64,000 nt of DNA, taken from an uncultured Rikenellaceae bacterium. Its GTDB lineage: Bacteria; Bacteroidota; Bacteroidia; Bacteroidales; VadinHA17. Each line of letters opens with the position of its first letter. Position 1 is the stretch's first letter. Under the pieces are notes generated by a model. The model was not told where the DNA came from. It was given only the letters and a program-made list of their open reading frames with translations, and made no database searches. The stretch covers positions 22,633 to 86,632 of the forward strand of contig CAZTES010000001.1 of assembly GCA_964612275.1 (NCBI GenBank), read 5' to 3'. Positions 26,975 through 37,206 of this stretch are shown one piece after another. Both the position numbers and the translations under genes were made by a program.

Positions 26975-28699
26975 ATGATGAAGATTAGATGCGATTGGTA
27001 TATAGTAATGGTAATTTACTTGGTTCTGGTCGGTTGTGCGCGTAAAACAATTCCGGCTGAAACAGAGACAGAAGATAAAGCGCTTACTAGAAAAGAGGAA
27101 ATAAACTATCAATATACTTTTACAGAGGGAATAAAAAAGAAAGTAACAGGAAATCTGCGGGAAGCCATTCCCTATTTTACGGAGTGCATAAGAATTAACC
27201 CCAAAAGTGATGCAGCACACTATGAATTAAGTTCTATACTGACCATGGGAGGGAATTATAATGAAGCCCTGAAATACATGAAAAAGGCCAATAAGATTGA
27301 TCCGCAAAATGTTTGGTACCAACTGCAAATGGCAAGCTTATATCATGCCATGGGCATGAGGGATAGCACCATTTTGATGTATGAGGAGATCCATGAAAAT
27401 TACCCGGAACGAACGGACATCTATTTTAATCTGGCAACCCTTCATGGCGAGTATGGTGATGAGGAACGAGCCATTAAGATATTTGATGAACTGGAAGAAC
27501 AGTATGGGTCGAACGAAACCATATTGTTGGCCAAGCAACAGATCTATTCAAAATCAGGGGAGCTGGATAAAGCCATTAACGAAGTATTAAAACTCATTCA
27601 TGCCTATCCAAACGAAGTAAGATTTTATGGGATTTTAGCCGAGTTGTATTGGTCAGAAAAGAGGGATGATGAGGCGTTGAAAACATATGAAAAACTGTTT
27701 GAAATCGATCCTGATAATGGTCTGGGACAATTATCAATGTTTGAATATTATAAAAATAGAGAAGAACAGGAGAAGATGCTGGATGTGGTGGACAAAATAA
27801 TAAATAATGATAAGATTGGTGTAAATAAGAAAATTCAGATAATGATTCAGTTCTTTACAAATGAGGATAATTTCGAGAGAAATAAGAAAAGAATAGGACG
27901 CGCAATAGGAGCACTTGCTAAACGGTATCCGGAAGATACAAGAGTTAAAACATTAAAGGCAGATTATCATATAAAAGTGGGTGAGTTTGAAGAAGCAGCT
28001 GTGGAATTGAGGTTTGTTACACAACGGGAAAGGACAAACTTTATCATATGGGAACAACTCCTATATGTTGAGAATGCGATCGAAGAGTATGACCGGTTGT
28101 ATGAGGAAACAGAAGAAGCGATTGAACTTTTTCCGGGAGCACCGACAGTATACCTTTTGCGGGGAATTGCTGCTATGGAACTGGGGAAGAATAAAGAAGC
28201 AATAAAAGCATTCCAGGGAGGAATAGGATTGATCGAAGAGAATAAAGCACTGGAAATACAATTCTATTCTATGCTGGGAGAAGCCTATAAAAATGATGGT
28301 AATGATACAATGTCGGATGAATCATTTGAGAAAGCACTGGATCTGGATAATGAAAACCTGTTTGTTTTAAACAACTATGGATACTATCTGGCACTGAGGG
28401 AAGAAAAATTGGATGAAGCGCTGAAAATGAGCAAAAAATGCATAGAAAAAGAGCCAGATAATTCTACATACCTGGATACATATGCATGGATATTGTTTAA
28501 ATTGAAACGATACGATATGGCGAAAAAGTACATTGAGAAAGCCATTGAAAATAGTGGGAAAAACAGCAGCGAAATCGTTGAACACTATGGCGATATATTA
28601 ATGATTTTAGGTGAAAAAGAGAAAGCAATTATGCAATGGAAGAAAGCAGCAGAACTCGGAGGAAATTCGGAAGAACTGAAAAAGAAAATCGAGAAGTAA
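26975..28699 (+). CDS. TPR-repeat lipoprotein
   Basis: Lipobox-like N-terminus (LVLVGCARK) and TPR repeats over the whole length (e.g. AHYELSSILTMGGNYNEALKYMKKANKIDP). Confidence 0.7.
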   Translation: MMKIRCDWYIVMVIYLVLVGCARKTIPAETETEDKALTRKEEINYQYTFTEGIKKKVTGNLREAIPYFTECIRINPKSDAAHYELSSILTMGGNYNEALKYMKKANKIDPQNVWYQLQMASLYHAMGMRDSTILMYEEIHENYPERTDIYFNLATLHGEYGDEERAIKIFDELEEQYGSNETILLAKQQIYSKSGELDKAINEVLKLIHAYPNEVRFYGILAELYWSEKRDDEALKTYEKLFEIDPDNGLGQLSMFEYYKNREEQEKMLDVVDKIINNDKIGVNKKIQIMIQFFTNEDNFERNKKRIGRAIGALAKRYPEDTRVKTLKADYHIKVGEFEEAAVELRFVTQRERTNFIIWEQLLYVENAIEEYDRLYEETEEAIELFPGAPTVYLLRGIAAMELGKNKEAIKAFQGGIGLIEENKALEIQFYSMLGEAYKNDGNDTMSDESFEKALDLDNENLFVLNNYGYYLALREEKLDEALKMSKKCIEKEPDNSTYLDTYAWILFKLKRYDMAKKYIEKAIENSGKNSSEIVEHYGDILMILGEKEKAIMQWKKAAELGGNSEELKKKIEK

Positions 28700-28722
28700 A
28701 ATATTGAAGAAATGGCGAATTA

Positions 28723-29556
28723 ATGAGAAAGGAGAAAAATAGAATCACGTTGATGGCTGTGGCATTGTCGGTGTGGTGTTGTCTCTATTCATGTAAGACA
28801 ACAGAAATGATGGGCAGAATTGCTGCAAAAGAAATCAGAGTTAAACAAATTGCAAGTAACAATGAACAAAGAAAAGATAATATACCAGGTCTGTGGGTAA
28901 AGAAAATTAAGGGATCGGTAATCAATGGAGGTAATGAATACTCCTTTAAAGCAAATTATAGAATTAAAAGAGATTCCATCATTATTATTTCAGTACTTAA
29001 CCCTGTTGGAATTGAAGCAGTTAGAATTTTATGTACACCCGATTCGTTTGGATTTGTTGACAGGATTAATCGAGAATATTATTATGGTAGATACGATGTA
29101 TTGAAAAAGAAGATAGGGTATAATGCAAACTACGGTTTTGTACAATCGCTCTTATTGAATGAAATAGCTACTGTATACGATGAAACGAAAGAGAAATTCT
29201 TTGAAAAAAATAGAAAACTGGATGTTGTGGACAACAAAAGCCATGTTTCTTTAATTGAGGAAAAAAAAGATGGATACGGAATAAGAGAAACAAGATATGA
29301 TATTGAATTTAATACGATTCCCTTACAACTTGTGAGAAATAAAATATCGGACAATCATGGGAATTATGAAATTGATGTTGTATATAAGGAATTTAAAGAG
29401 GTAAATAAAAGCTGGTTTCCAGGTCTTATAAGCATTGAGATCAGGAATGAGGTAAATAGGGTAACCTGTAGATTGGAACTGGACAGGATAACGATTGGTA
29501 CTGAGTTTAATACAAACTTTAGCATTGGTCAAAAGTATAGCAAAATAGACTGGTAG
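28723..29556 (+). CDS. DUF4292-like lipoprotein (possible LolA/LolB-fold protein)
   Basis: Lipoprotein signal (ALSVWCCLYSC). Size, beta-rich composition and position between the TPR protein and the M23 protein match the conserved Bacteroidota trio. The family call is from memory and is not computed. Confidence 0.5.
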   Translation: MRKEKNRITLMAVALSVWCCLYSCKTTEMMGRIAAKEIRVKQIASNNEQRKDNIPGLWVKKIKGSVINGGNEYSFKANYRIKRDSIIIISVLNPVGIEAVRILCTPDSFGFVDRINREYYYGRYDVLKKKIGYNANYGFVQSLLLNEIATVYDETKEKFFEKNRKLDVVDNKSHVSLIEEKKDGYGIRETRYDIEFNTIPLQLVRNKISDNHGNYEIDVVYKEFKEVNKSWFPGLISIEIRNEVNRVTCRLELDRITIGTEFNTNFSIGQKYSKIDW

Positions 29557-29560
29557 AAGT

Positions 29561-30760
29561 ATGAAAATGAATAAACCCAGATGGGAAGTAACCCTGGTTT
29601 GTATGGTGGTTGTTTCTATGGCAACAGGCAATGCACAGAGCAAAAATGAACTGGTAAGAAGAAAGGAAGATGCATTACGGGAGATAAAATTAACCAATGA
29701 GTTGCTTGAAAAAACAGAAAGGGACAGAAAAACATCATTGAATGCGTTGATTTTGCTAAACAGAAAACTGAGCCTTAGAAACAACGTTATTGAAAGCATT
29801 AATTTGGAAATAAAATTTGTAGACGAACAGATTGAAGAGAACAAAGAGCTGATCGGATTGCTCGAAGAAGATTTGGAAAAGTTGAAAAGAGAATATGCAG
29901 CTATGATCTGTTCTGCCTATAAGAAGCGGGAAGACTACAATAAGTTAATCTTTGTTTTTGCTGCAAAAGATATTAACCAGGCATACAAAAGGATGAAATA
30001 CCTCCAACAGTATACAGAATATAGAAGAGAACAGGCGATTGTTATTGAAAGAATGAGTGATTTGATTGCGAATAAAATCTATAATCTAGAGGACTACAGA
30101 GAGGAAAAAATGAATTTGCTGGATCAAAATGAGGGAGAAAAGAAGTACCTGGCCGTGGAACAACAGGAGAAAAACCGGGCAGTTGTGAATTTGCAAAAAG
30201 AGGAAAAGAAACTAAGGCGGCAATTGAGGGAAAAGGAAAGAATAGCAAATGAATTAGAAAAAGAAATACAAGCAATTATTGCTGAGGAAGCAAGAAAAGT
30301 AAGGAATTTTGAGCGGTTGACACCGGAAGCAAAACTATTGGCGGATAATTTTCTAAGCAATAAAGGAAAACTTCCATGGCCGACGGAAAGGGGGGTAATA
30401 ACCGATAACTTTGGGATACACGACCATCCGGTGTTAAAAGGGGTGAAAATAGAAAATTTTGGTATAGACATATCAGCACCGGAAAATGCGATGGCAAGAG
30501 CAATATTTGAAGGGGAAGTGAAAAAAATTATTGGAATTCAAGGAGCAAACCAGGCGGTTATCATTCAACATGGTAACTATTTTACGGTGTACCAAAATCT
30601 TGTGGAAGTACGAGTGAAGATGGGGGATATGGTGAAAACAAAACAAACGATAGGAAGAATCTTTACCGATCATAACGATAAAAACAAAACAGTACTTAAC
30701 TTTATGATTTGGGAGGAAAAGAAAAAAATGGATCCGGTACCGTGGTTAAGTGGAAATTAA
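29561..30760 (+). CDS. EnvC-like coiled-coil protein with degenerate (probably non-catalytic) M23/LytM domain
   Basis: Signal peptide and ~230 aa of coiled coil. The C-terminal LytM fold has its zinc-ligand positions replaced: NFGIDI instead of H-x-x-x-D, and LNFMIWE instead of HLHFE. Confidence 0.8.
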   Translation: MKMNKPRWEVTLVCMVVVSMATGNAQSKNELVRRKEDALREIKLTNELLEKTERDRKTSLNALILLNRKLSLRNNVIESINLEIKFVDEQIEENKELIGLLEEDLEKLKREYAAMICSAYKKREDYNKLIFVFAAKDINQAYKRMKYLQQYTEYRREQAIVIERMSDLIANKIYNLEDYREEKMNLLDQNEGEKKYLAVEQQEKNRAVVNLQKEEKKLRRQLREKERIANELEKEIQAIIAEEARKVRNFERLTPEAKLLADNFLSNKGKLPWPTERGVITDNFGIHDHPVLKGVKIENFGIDISAPENAMARAIFEGEVKKIIGIQGANQAVIIQHGNYFTVYQNLVEVRVKMGDMVKTKQTIGRIFTDHNDKNKTVLNFMIWEEKKKMDPVPWLSGN

Positions 30761-30845
30761 AATCTGGAAAGAAAATGAAACCCTTGAAAATTATTTAAGT
30801 ATAAGTAGTTTGGCGCATCGAAAAAGATAATAAAGGGTTGAGATC

Positions 30846-31241
30846 ATGGAAAAGAACATTACTATTACTTCTGAACAAAAAAACATTAGAATCATCGAAA
30901 ATTTGATCGATGAGATTAGTTCGAAGACGAAACTAAGCACAGAAGTATATGGTAAAGTGCTGGTTGCTGCAATAGAGGTAGTAAACAATGCAATTATTCA
31001 CGGAAACAAATCAAACCCTGAAAAAAAGGTAGACATAAATATTGCGGTAAATAGTAAGGAAATACACATTCTGGTTGCAGATGAAGGGGAAGGATTTGAC
31101 TATGAGAACGTTCCCGATCCAACGGCTCCTGAAAATATTGAAAATATTCACGGAAGGGGCGTTTTCCTGATGATACAACTGTCCGATGAAGTTCATTTTT
31201 TTGAAAACGGTGCTAAAGTTGAATTGATATTTTATATCTGA
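30846..31241 (+). CDS. RsbW/SpoIIAB-like HATPase_c serine-kinase / anti-sigma-factor-type ATP-binding protein
   Basis: 131 aa. N-box-like EVVNNAIIHGN, G1-like DEGEGFD and G2-like GRGVFLM. Confidence 0.65.
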   Translation: MEKNITITSEQKNIRIIENLIDEISSKTKLSTEVYGKVLVAAIEVVNNAIIHGNKSNPEKKVDINIAVNSKEIHILVADEGEGFDYENVPDPTAPENIENIHGRGVFLMIQLSDEVHFFENGAKVELIFYI

Positions 31242-31245
31242 AGCA

Positions 31246-31665
31246 TTGAGCATACACTTCCATAATGAAGAATGTCGTTTTACCTATAGCAGAGGAGAAG
31301 ATACAGAAAATTGGCTGAGAAAGACAATTGCTGAAGAAAGGAAAGAAGAAGGTGACATAAACATTATATTTACAGATAATAACAACATTCTACAACTCAA
31401 TAAAACCTACCTTTCACACAACTATTTTACCGACGTCATTGCTTTTCAGTATCATGAAGGAGTGAAGATAACTGGTGATATATACATAAGCATCGATACG
31501 GTAAAAGAAAATGCAAGGCGCTATCATAGCACCTTTTGGGATGAATTACACCGGGTTATGATTCATGGCCTGCTGCACCTTATCGGATACAATGATAAAA
31601 CGGCAAAGGAGAAGAAAGAAATGAGAGAAAAAGAGTCATTTTATTTAGCGAAACATCCAGATTAA
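31246..31665 (+). CDS. ybeY: rRNA maturation endoribonuclease YbeY
   Basis: Zinc motif HGLLHLIGYND. TTG start at 31246, with no in-frame ATG upstream of the conserved core. Confidence 0.9.
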   Translation: MSIHFHNEECRFTYSRGEDTENWLRKTIAEERKEEGDINIIFTDNNNILQLNKTYLSHNYFTDVIAFQYHEGVKITGDIYISIDTVKENARRYHSTFWDELHRVMIHGLLHLIGYNDKTAKEKKEMREKESFYLAKHPD

Positions 31666-31718
31666 TAATCAGATAATCAGGAAGATAGATAGATTAATTT
31701 CATGTGCATGAGAAGTGT

Positions 31719-31726
31719 TATATTTG
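31719..31726 (+). promoter_or_regulatory. Candidate -7 promoter box TATATTTG upstream of mnmG
   Basis: TAnnTTTG match 26 nt before the 31752 ATG. The extended 12-mer TATATTTGTATG is identical to the one at 38279-38290. Confidence 0.4.
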
Positions 31727-31751
31727 TATGCCATACATACGGTAAAGGAAT

Positions 31752-33620
31752 ATGGAATATGATGTAATCGTCGTTGGTGGTGGGCACGCAGGTAGCGAAG
31801 CAGCAGCTGCAGCTGCCAATATGGGAGCAAAAGTCCTGCTCATTACAATGGACATGACAAAAATTGCACAAATGTCATGCAATCCAGCAATGGGTGGCAT
31901 TGCTAAAGGACAGATAATTCGTGAGATTGACGCGCTGGGAGGGTATTCAGCTATCGTTACAGACCGTTCAATGATTCAATTTAGGATGTTGAATAAATCG
32001 AAAGGCCCGGCTATGTGGAGCCCAAGAGCACAATGTGATCGGATGAAATTTAGCCTGGCATGGAGGAAAGTGCTGGAAAGTGTTGATAATCTGGACTTTT
32101 GGCAGGATACGGTGAAGAAAATAATAATAGAAAACGGGAAAGTGAAAGGGGTAATAACAAACCTTAATGTTCCATTTAAATGCAAAAGCGTTATCCTTAC
32201 AAGCGGAACATTCCTGAATGGTTTAATGCATGTTGGTAAGACAAAAATTGAAGGGGGAAGAGCTGCAGAGCCACCAGTAACAGGATTATCAAAACAGCTG
32301 CGTGATGCCGGTTTTAGGGTTGGGAGATTAAAAACAGGAACACCACCTAGAGCGGATGGAAGAACCATTAATTTCGAAAAATTAATTGAACAAAAAGGAG
32401 ACGAAGAGAAGAATTGTTTTTCATATATACATGAACGATTCAATATTGAAAACCAGAAGAGTTGTTATATTACCCATACAGATTTGAACGTGCACAGTGT
32501 TCTGGAAAAAGGATTGGTCGACTCTCCACTTTTTAATGGAACAATTAAAAGCATTGGACCAAGATATTGCCCGAGTATTGAGGATAAGATCATAACCTTT
32601 GCCGACAAAGAGAAGCACCAGTTATTCATTGAACCGGAAGGAAATGATACAAACGAGTATTACATCAATGGATTTGCTTCATCGTTGCCGTGGAATATAC
32701 AATACCAGGCACTGAAGAAGGTGAAAGGGATGGAAAAGGTAAAGATATTCAGACCGGGATATGCTATAGAATATGACTATTTTGATCCAACACAACTGTT
32801 TCATACCATGGAGACAAAATTGGTAGAGAATCTTTACTTTGCAGGACAGGTGAACGGAACAACAGGGTATGAAGAAGCGGGTGCACAGGGATTAATGGCA
32901 GGAATAAATGCAAGCCTTAAATTTAGGGGAGAAAAAGAATTTGTATTGGGCAGGGACCAGGCATATATAGGAGTTTTGATCGATGATCTGGTAACAAAAG
33001 GAGTAGATGAACCCTACAGGATGTTTACATCAAGAGCTGAATATAGAATACTATTGAGACAGGATGATGCAGATTACCGGTTAACGAAATTGGGATATGA
33101 CCTGGGAATTGTGAAGAGAGAGCGGTATGAGATTATGAGAAGGAAGTATGCATGGAGAAACAAAATATTGGAATTCATACAGGAGATGAGTGTGAAACCG
33201 GAATGGATAAATGAAAAGCTGGATGAGCTTGAGACTAGCAAAGTAAAACAGGGAGTAAAATTAAAGGATATAATACTGAGACCCCAGGTATCGATTGAAG
33301 AAATGGCGAAGGTATTGGATCCATTAAAAAGAATAATTGAAGAGATTCCAGAAAGGAAAGAAGAGATACTGGAAAGCACAGAGATATTAATAAAATATTC
33401 AGGGTACATTGAGCGGGAGAAAAGAATGGCTGAAAAGATAAAAAGACTGGAACATATAAAAATAGAAAAAGAATTCAATTATATGAAAATTGAATCGATA
33501 TCTACGGAAGCAAGACAGAAATTAATGAGGATAAAGCCAAAAACAATCGGACAGGCATCAAGAATAAGCGGGGTTTCTCCATCAGATATCAGTGTATTAC
33601 TCCTCTATATGGGACGATAA
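31752..33620 (+). CDS. mnmG: tRNA uridine-5-carboxymethylaminomethyl modification enzyme MnmG (GidA)
   Basis: N-terminal FAD motif YDVIVVGGGHAGSEAA, plus MSCNPAMGGIAKGQIIREIDALGG and FAGQVNGTTGYEEAGAQG. Confidence 0.95.
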   Translation: MEYDVIVVGGGHAGSEAAAAAANMGAKVLLITMDMTKIAQMSCNPAMGGIAKGQIIREIDALGGYSAIVTDRSMIQFRMLNKSKGPAMWSPRAQCDRMKFSLAWRKVLESVDNLDFWQDTVKKIIIENGKVKGVITNLNVPFKCKSVILTSGTFLNGLMHVGKTKIEGGRAAEPPVTGLSKQLRDAGFRVGRLKTGTPPRADGRTINFEKLIEQKGDEEKNCFSYIHERFNIENQKSCYITHTDLNVHSVLEKGLVDSPLFNGTIKSIGPRYCPSIEDKIITFADKEKHQLFIEPEGNDTNEYYINGFASSLPWNIQYQALKKVKGMEKVKIFRPGYAIEYDYFDPTQLFHTMETKLVENLYFAGQVNGTTGYEEAGAQGLMAGINASLKFRGEKEFVLGRDQAYIGVLIDDLVTKGVDEPYRMFTSRAEYRILLRQDDADYRLTKLGYDLGIVKRERYEIMRRKYAWRNKILEFIQEMSVKPEWINEKLDELETSKVKQGVKLKDIILRPQVSIEEMAKVLDPLKRIIEEIPERKEEILESTEILIKYSGYIEREKRMAEKIKRLEHIKIEKEFNYMKIESISTEARQKLMRIKPKTIGQASRISGVSPSDISVLLLYMGR

Positions 33621-33643
33621 TGTTCCACGTGGAACATTTTTTT
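33620..33643 (+). terminator. Intrinsic terminator after mnmG
   Basis: ATGTTCC-ACGT-GGAACAT hairpin (7-bp stem at 33620-33626 and 33631-37) followed by a run of six T residues (33638-33643). It overlaps the TAA stop. Confidence 0.6.
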
Positions 33644-33655
33644 AAAAATTGATCC

Positions 33656-35335
33656 ATGAATTCAAAAAATCGTTTCTTTGTTGAAGGATTTATTGTGGAT
33701 GTACTACAAAAAAAAATTTTCCCTGGCAGGATAACCGTAGACCGGGGGAGAATCTCAGGGGTTAAATCGCAAGATAAGGTGCCCGATCAATACATTTTGC
33801 CCGGCCTGGTGGATGCCCATGTACACGTTGAAAGTTCAATGCTTACACCCGGAAGTTTTGCGCAGCTTGCTGTTAAAAACGGCACGGTTGCTGTTGTATC
33901 AGACCCGCACGAAATTGCCAATGTGTTGGGGATCGAAGGGGTGAATTTCATGATTGATGAGGGAAAGAAAGTACCCTTGAAATTCTGTTTTGGTGCACCG
34001 TCATGTGTACCGGCAACACCGTTTGAAACAAACGGAAACAAGATAGGAACAAAAGAGATTGAGCGGTTAATGAAAAAAGAAGAGATCCACTATCTTTCAG
34101 AAATGATGAATTTTACGGGTGTGATACAGAAGGATAAGGAAATCATGGAAAAAATAGCGTTGGCAAAAAAAGCAAACAAGAAAATTGATGGTCATGCCCC
34201 GGGATTAACCGGAGATGATTTGAATAAATATATAGCAGCCGGGATAACAACAGACCACGAATGTACCAATGAGAAAGAAGCCAGGGAAAAACTGGAAAAA
34301 GGAATGAAGATTCTGATTCGGGAAGGAAGCGCTGCAAAGGATATGGATCGCCTGGTGGCACTGGTTGATGAATTTCCTGATGATATCATGTTGTGTACCG
34401 ACGACATCCATCCGGATGACCTTACAAACGGACACATAAACCGGTTGTTGAAGAAAGGTGTCCGAAGCGGTGCAGGCCTGTTTAACCTGCTGAGAGCTGC
34501 CACAATCAATCCTAAAAATCACTATAAATTGCCGGTTGGATTACTGCAGAGAAACGATCCGGCCGACTTCATCGTAGTGAAGGACCTGTCTGATTTTCAC
34601 GTGATGCAGACCGTTGTGGATGGTCGGGTGGTGTATGAAAACGGGAAAGTGTTTTTTTCACATCAAACCCGTTCAACCCCGAATCGTTTCATTCAAAATT
34701 TTATTAAAGAGAAGGATCTTGCAGTACCTGCAGGGAAAGGAAAAATGAAGGTCATTGTGGCGAAGGATGGCGAGCTGATCACAGGGAAAGAAAGCATAAT
34801 ACCCACAGTGAAAAACGGGTGGGTCGTAACGGACCCGGAGATTGATTTGTTAAAGATTGGTGTACAGAACCGGTATAGAAAAGCAAAACCGGCCATTGGC
34901 TTCATTCGTGGCATGGGTTTATCCACCGGAGCAATCGCAAGTAGCATAGCACACGACAGCCACAACGTTATTGGAGTAGGGGTTTCTGATGCAGAACTAG
35001 CTCGCGCATTGAATCTTATCATTGAAAAGAAAGGCGGAATCGCGGTCATAAGAGGGGACCGGGCAGAATGGCTGGAATTACCGGTTGGTGGGATTATGAC
35101 CAATGAAAACGGGCAAATGGTTGCTGAAAAGTATTGGCAACTCAATCAGTTGGTAAAAGGAATGGGATCTACCCTGAAGGCTCCTTTCATGACCCTTTCC
35201 TTCATGGCGTTATTGGTTATTCCGGAGCTTAAGATTGGAGACCGGGGCCTGTTCGATGTCAGAACATTCAAACCGGTTGCCCTGTTTGAACATGAATCAA
35301 GCAGTGAGAAAACCGGGCAAGCAACCGTGAACTGA
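33656..35335 (+). CDS. ade: Adenine deaminase (amidohydrolase superfamily)
   Basis: LPGLVDAHVHVESSML...TVAVVSDPHEIANVLG, with length and C-terminal domain typical of Ade. Confidence 0.85.
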   Translation: MNSKNRFFVEGFIVDVLQKKIFPGRITVDRGRISGVKSQDKVPDQYILPGLVDAHVHVESSMLTPGSFAQLAVKNGTVAVVSDPHEIANVLGIEGVNFMIDEGKKVPLKFCFGAPSCVPATPFETNGNKIGTKEIERLMKKEEIHYLSEMMNFTGVIQKDKEIMEKIALAKKANKKIDGHAPGLTGDDLNKYIAAGITTDHECTNEKEAREKLEKGMKILIREGSAAKDMDRLVALVDEFPDDIMLCTDDIHPDDLTNGHINRLLKKGVRSGAGLFNLLRAATINPKNHYKLPVGLLQRNDPADFIVVKDLSDFHVMQTVVDGRVVYENGKVFFSHQTRSTPNRFIQNFIKEKDLAVPAGKGKMKVIVAKDGELITGKESIIPTVKNGWVVTDPEIDLLKIGVQNRYRKAKPAIGFIRGMGLSTGAIASSIAHDSHNVIGVGVSDAELARALNLIIEKKGGIAVIRGDRAEWLELPVGGIMTNENGQMVAEKYWQLNQLVKGMGSTLKAPFMTLSFMALLVIPELKIGDRGLFDVRTFKPVALFEHESSSEKTGQATVN

Positions 35336-35371
35336 ACAAGGAACAGCCTGCCCGGCTAAATTCATTCGGTT

Positions 35372-37192
35372 TTGGCAAATCATAATCAACACAACGAAGA
35401 ATTGAAATCCAGAGTGGATGGGCTACCGGAAAAACCGGGAGTGTACCAGTTCATGGATAAACAGGGCGATGTGATTTATATAGGCAAAGCGAAAAACCTG
35501 AAGAAAAGAGTGCTTTCCTATTTTTCGAAAAGCCTTGTTGGAAAGACCGCCATCATGATGAGGCATGTCAGGGAGATTGCACACGTCATTGTAGATAGCG
35601 AATCCGATGCCCTTTTGCTGGAGAATAACCTTATAAAAAAACACCAGCCACGCTATAATATATTGCTAAAAGATGATAAAAGCTTCCCCTGGATCTGCAT
35701 AAAAAAGGAACACTTTCCTCGTGTATTCCATACCAGAAAAAAAGTGAACGATGGGTCAAAATATTTTGGGCCCTATACCTCTATGGTTGTTGTAAGAACA
35801 CTGCTTGATATGATCAAACAACTCTATCCCCTGCGGAACTGCAATTACAGGCTGGATCCTGAAAGCATTAGAAAGAATAAATTTAAGGTTTGCCTGGAAT
35901 ATCATATGGGAAATTGCCTGGGCCCCTGTGTCGGATTGCAGGAAAGCAGTGACTATGATGATAGGGTACAGCAAATAGAATCCATTCTGAAAGGGAACAT
36001 CAACAGCGTTTTTTCTCATTTAACCCGTCTAATGAATCGGTATGCCTCTGATTATCAATACGAAAAAGCAAATAAAATTAAGGAAAAGATTAAAATTCTG
36101 GAACGCTTTCAAAGCAAATCAACCATCGTGAACCCGTCGCTGCATAACCTGGATGTTTTTTCCTATACTGAGGATGAGGAGCAGGCGTATGTTAATTATT
36201 TGAAAATTTCTCATGGGGCTGTAATTCAGGCACATACGGCTGAAATGAAAAGAAAATTAGAAGAGACAAAAGAGGATTTGTTGCTGTTCGCAATTACGGA
36301 AATGCGGCAGAGAATGTTTAGTTCGGCAAAACAAATCATTGTCCCGTTCAAACTGCCGTTTGAATTGGAGGGATGCCGGTTAACCGTTCCACGGAAAGGG
36401 GAGAAGCAGAAGCTACTCAGGCTTTCGGAACGGAATGTAACCCATTACCGGCTGCAAAAAAGCAGGAAAAAAATGGAACAAACGGTCCCATCAAGCCGTG
36501 TGAGTCTGTTGCATAATATGGCGCAGGATCTGAGACTTAAGAAATTACCAGTACGGATTGAATGCTTTGATGTTTCCAACATTCAGGGGAGAAGCGCTGT
36601 CGCTTCCTGTGTTGTCTTTAATAATGCCCGTCCATCCAAAAAGGAGTACCGACACTACCACATTAAAACGGTAGCAGGTGCAAATGATTACGCATCCATT
36701 AGCGAAGTTGTCCTGAGAAGATACAGGCGATTGCTGGACGAACGGCAGGAACTGCCTCAGCTAATTGTTATTGACGGAGGAAAGGGGCAGCTTCATGCTG
36801 CGTTGAAAAGCCTTGCAATCCTTGGCTTAAAGGGGACCATCCCCATCATCGGGATAGCAAAGCGATTGGAAGAGATATATTTTCCGGGAGACCCTGTTCC
36901 GCTGTATCTTAAAAAGAGTTCTGAAAGCCTGAAATTGCTGCAGTATGTGAGGAATGAAGCACACCGGTTTGGGATATCGTTTCACCGGAATAAGCGGTCG
37001 AGAGAACAGGTAAAATCGATCATGGATGATATCAAAGGTATCGGACCGCAAACCGTACAGAAACTGATGCTGGAATTCAAATCGATAGAGGGAATCAGGA
37101 AAGCAGAAAGGGCACAGCTTGAGGAAAGCATTGGGGTTTCCCGGGCAAGAATGCTCTATGATTTCTTTCATGGATCAACCCGGGAGGAATAA
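35372..37192 (+). CDS. uvrC: Excinuclease ABC subunit C
   Basis: GIY-YIG N-terminus (PGVYQFMDKQGDVIYIGKAKNLKKRVLSYF), UVR domain, endonuclease V-like region and C-terminal (HhH)2. The TTG start is required to include the conserved N-terminus. Confidence 0.95.
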   Translation: MANHNQHNEELKSRVDGLPEKPGVYQFMDKQGDVIYIGKAKNLKKRVLSYFSKSLVGKTAIMMRHVREIAHVIVDSESDALLLENNLIKKHQPRYNILLKDDKSFPWICIKKEHFPRVFHTRKKVNDGSKYFGPYTSMVVVRTLLDMIKQLYPLRNCNYRLDPESIRKNKFKVCLEYHMGNCLGPCVGLQESSDYDDRVQQIESILKGNINSVFSHLTRLMNRYASDYQYEKANKIKEKIKILERFQSKSTIVNPSLHNLDVFSYTEDEEQAYVNYLKISHGAVIQAHTAEMKRKLEETKEDLLLFAITEMRQRMFSSAKQIIVPFKLPFELEGCRLTVPRKGEKQKLLRLSERNVTHYRLQKSRKKMEQTVPSSRVSLLHNMAQDLRLKKLPVRIECFDVSNIQGRSAVASCVVFNNARPSKKEYRHYHIKTVAGANDYASISEVVLRRYRRLLDERQELPQLIVIDGGKGQLHAALKSLAILGLKGTIPIIGIAKRLEEIYFPGDPVPLYLKKSSESLKLLQYVRNEAHRFGISFHRNKRSREQVKSIMDDIKGIGPQTVQKLMLEFKSIEGIRKAERAQLEESIGVSRARMLYDFFHGSTREE

Positions 37193-37206
37193 TAGACATA
37201 CACTAC

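Noticed and set aside
26771-27220. 149-aa minus-strand ORF across the dut/TPR junction (29323-29844 is a similar case)
   Set aside because: It is antisense to supported genes, and its Phe/Ser/Leu-rich composition is typical of the reverse frame of Lys/Glu-rich genes.
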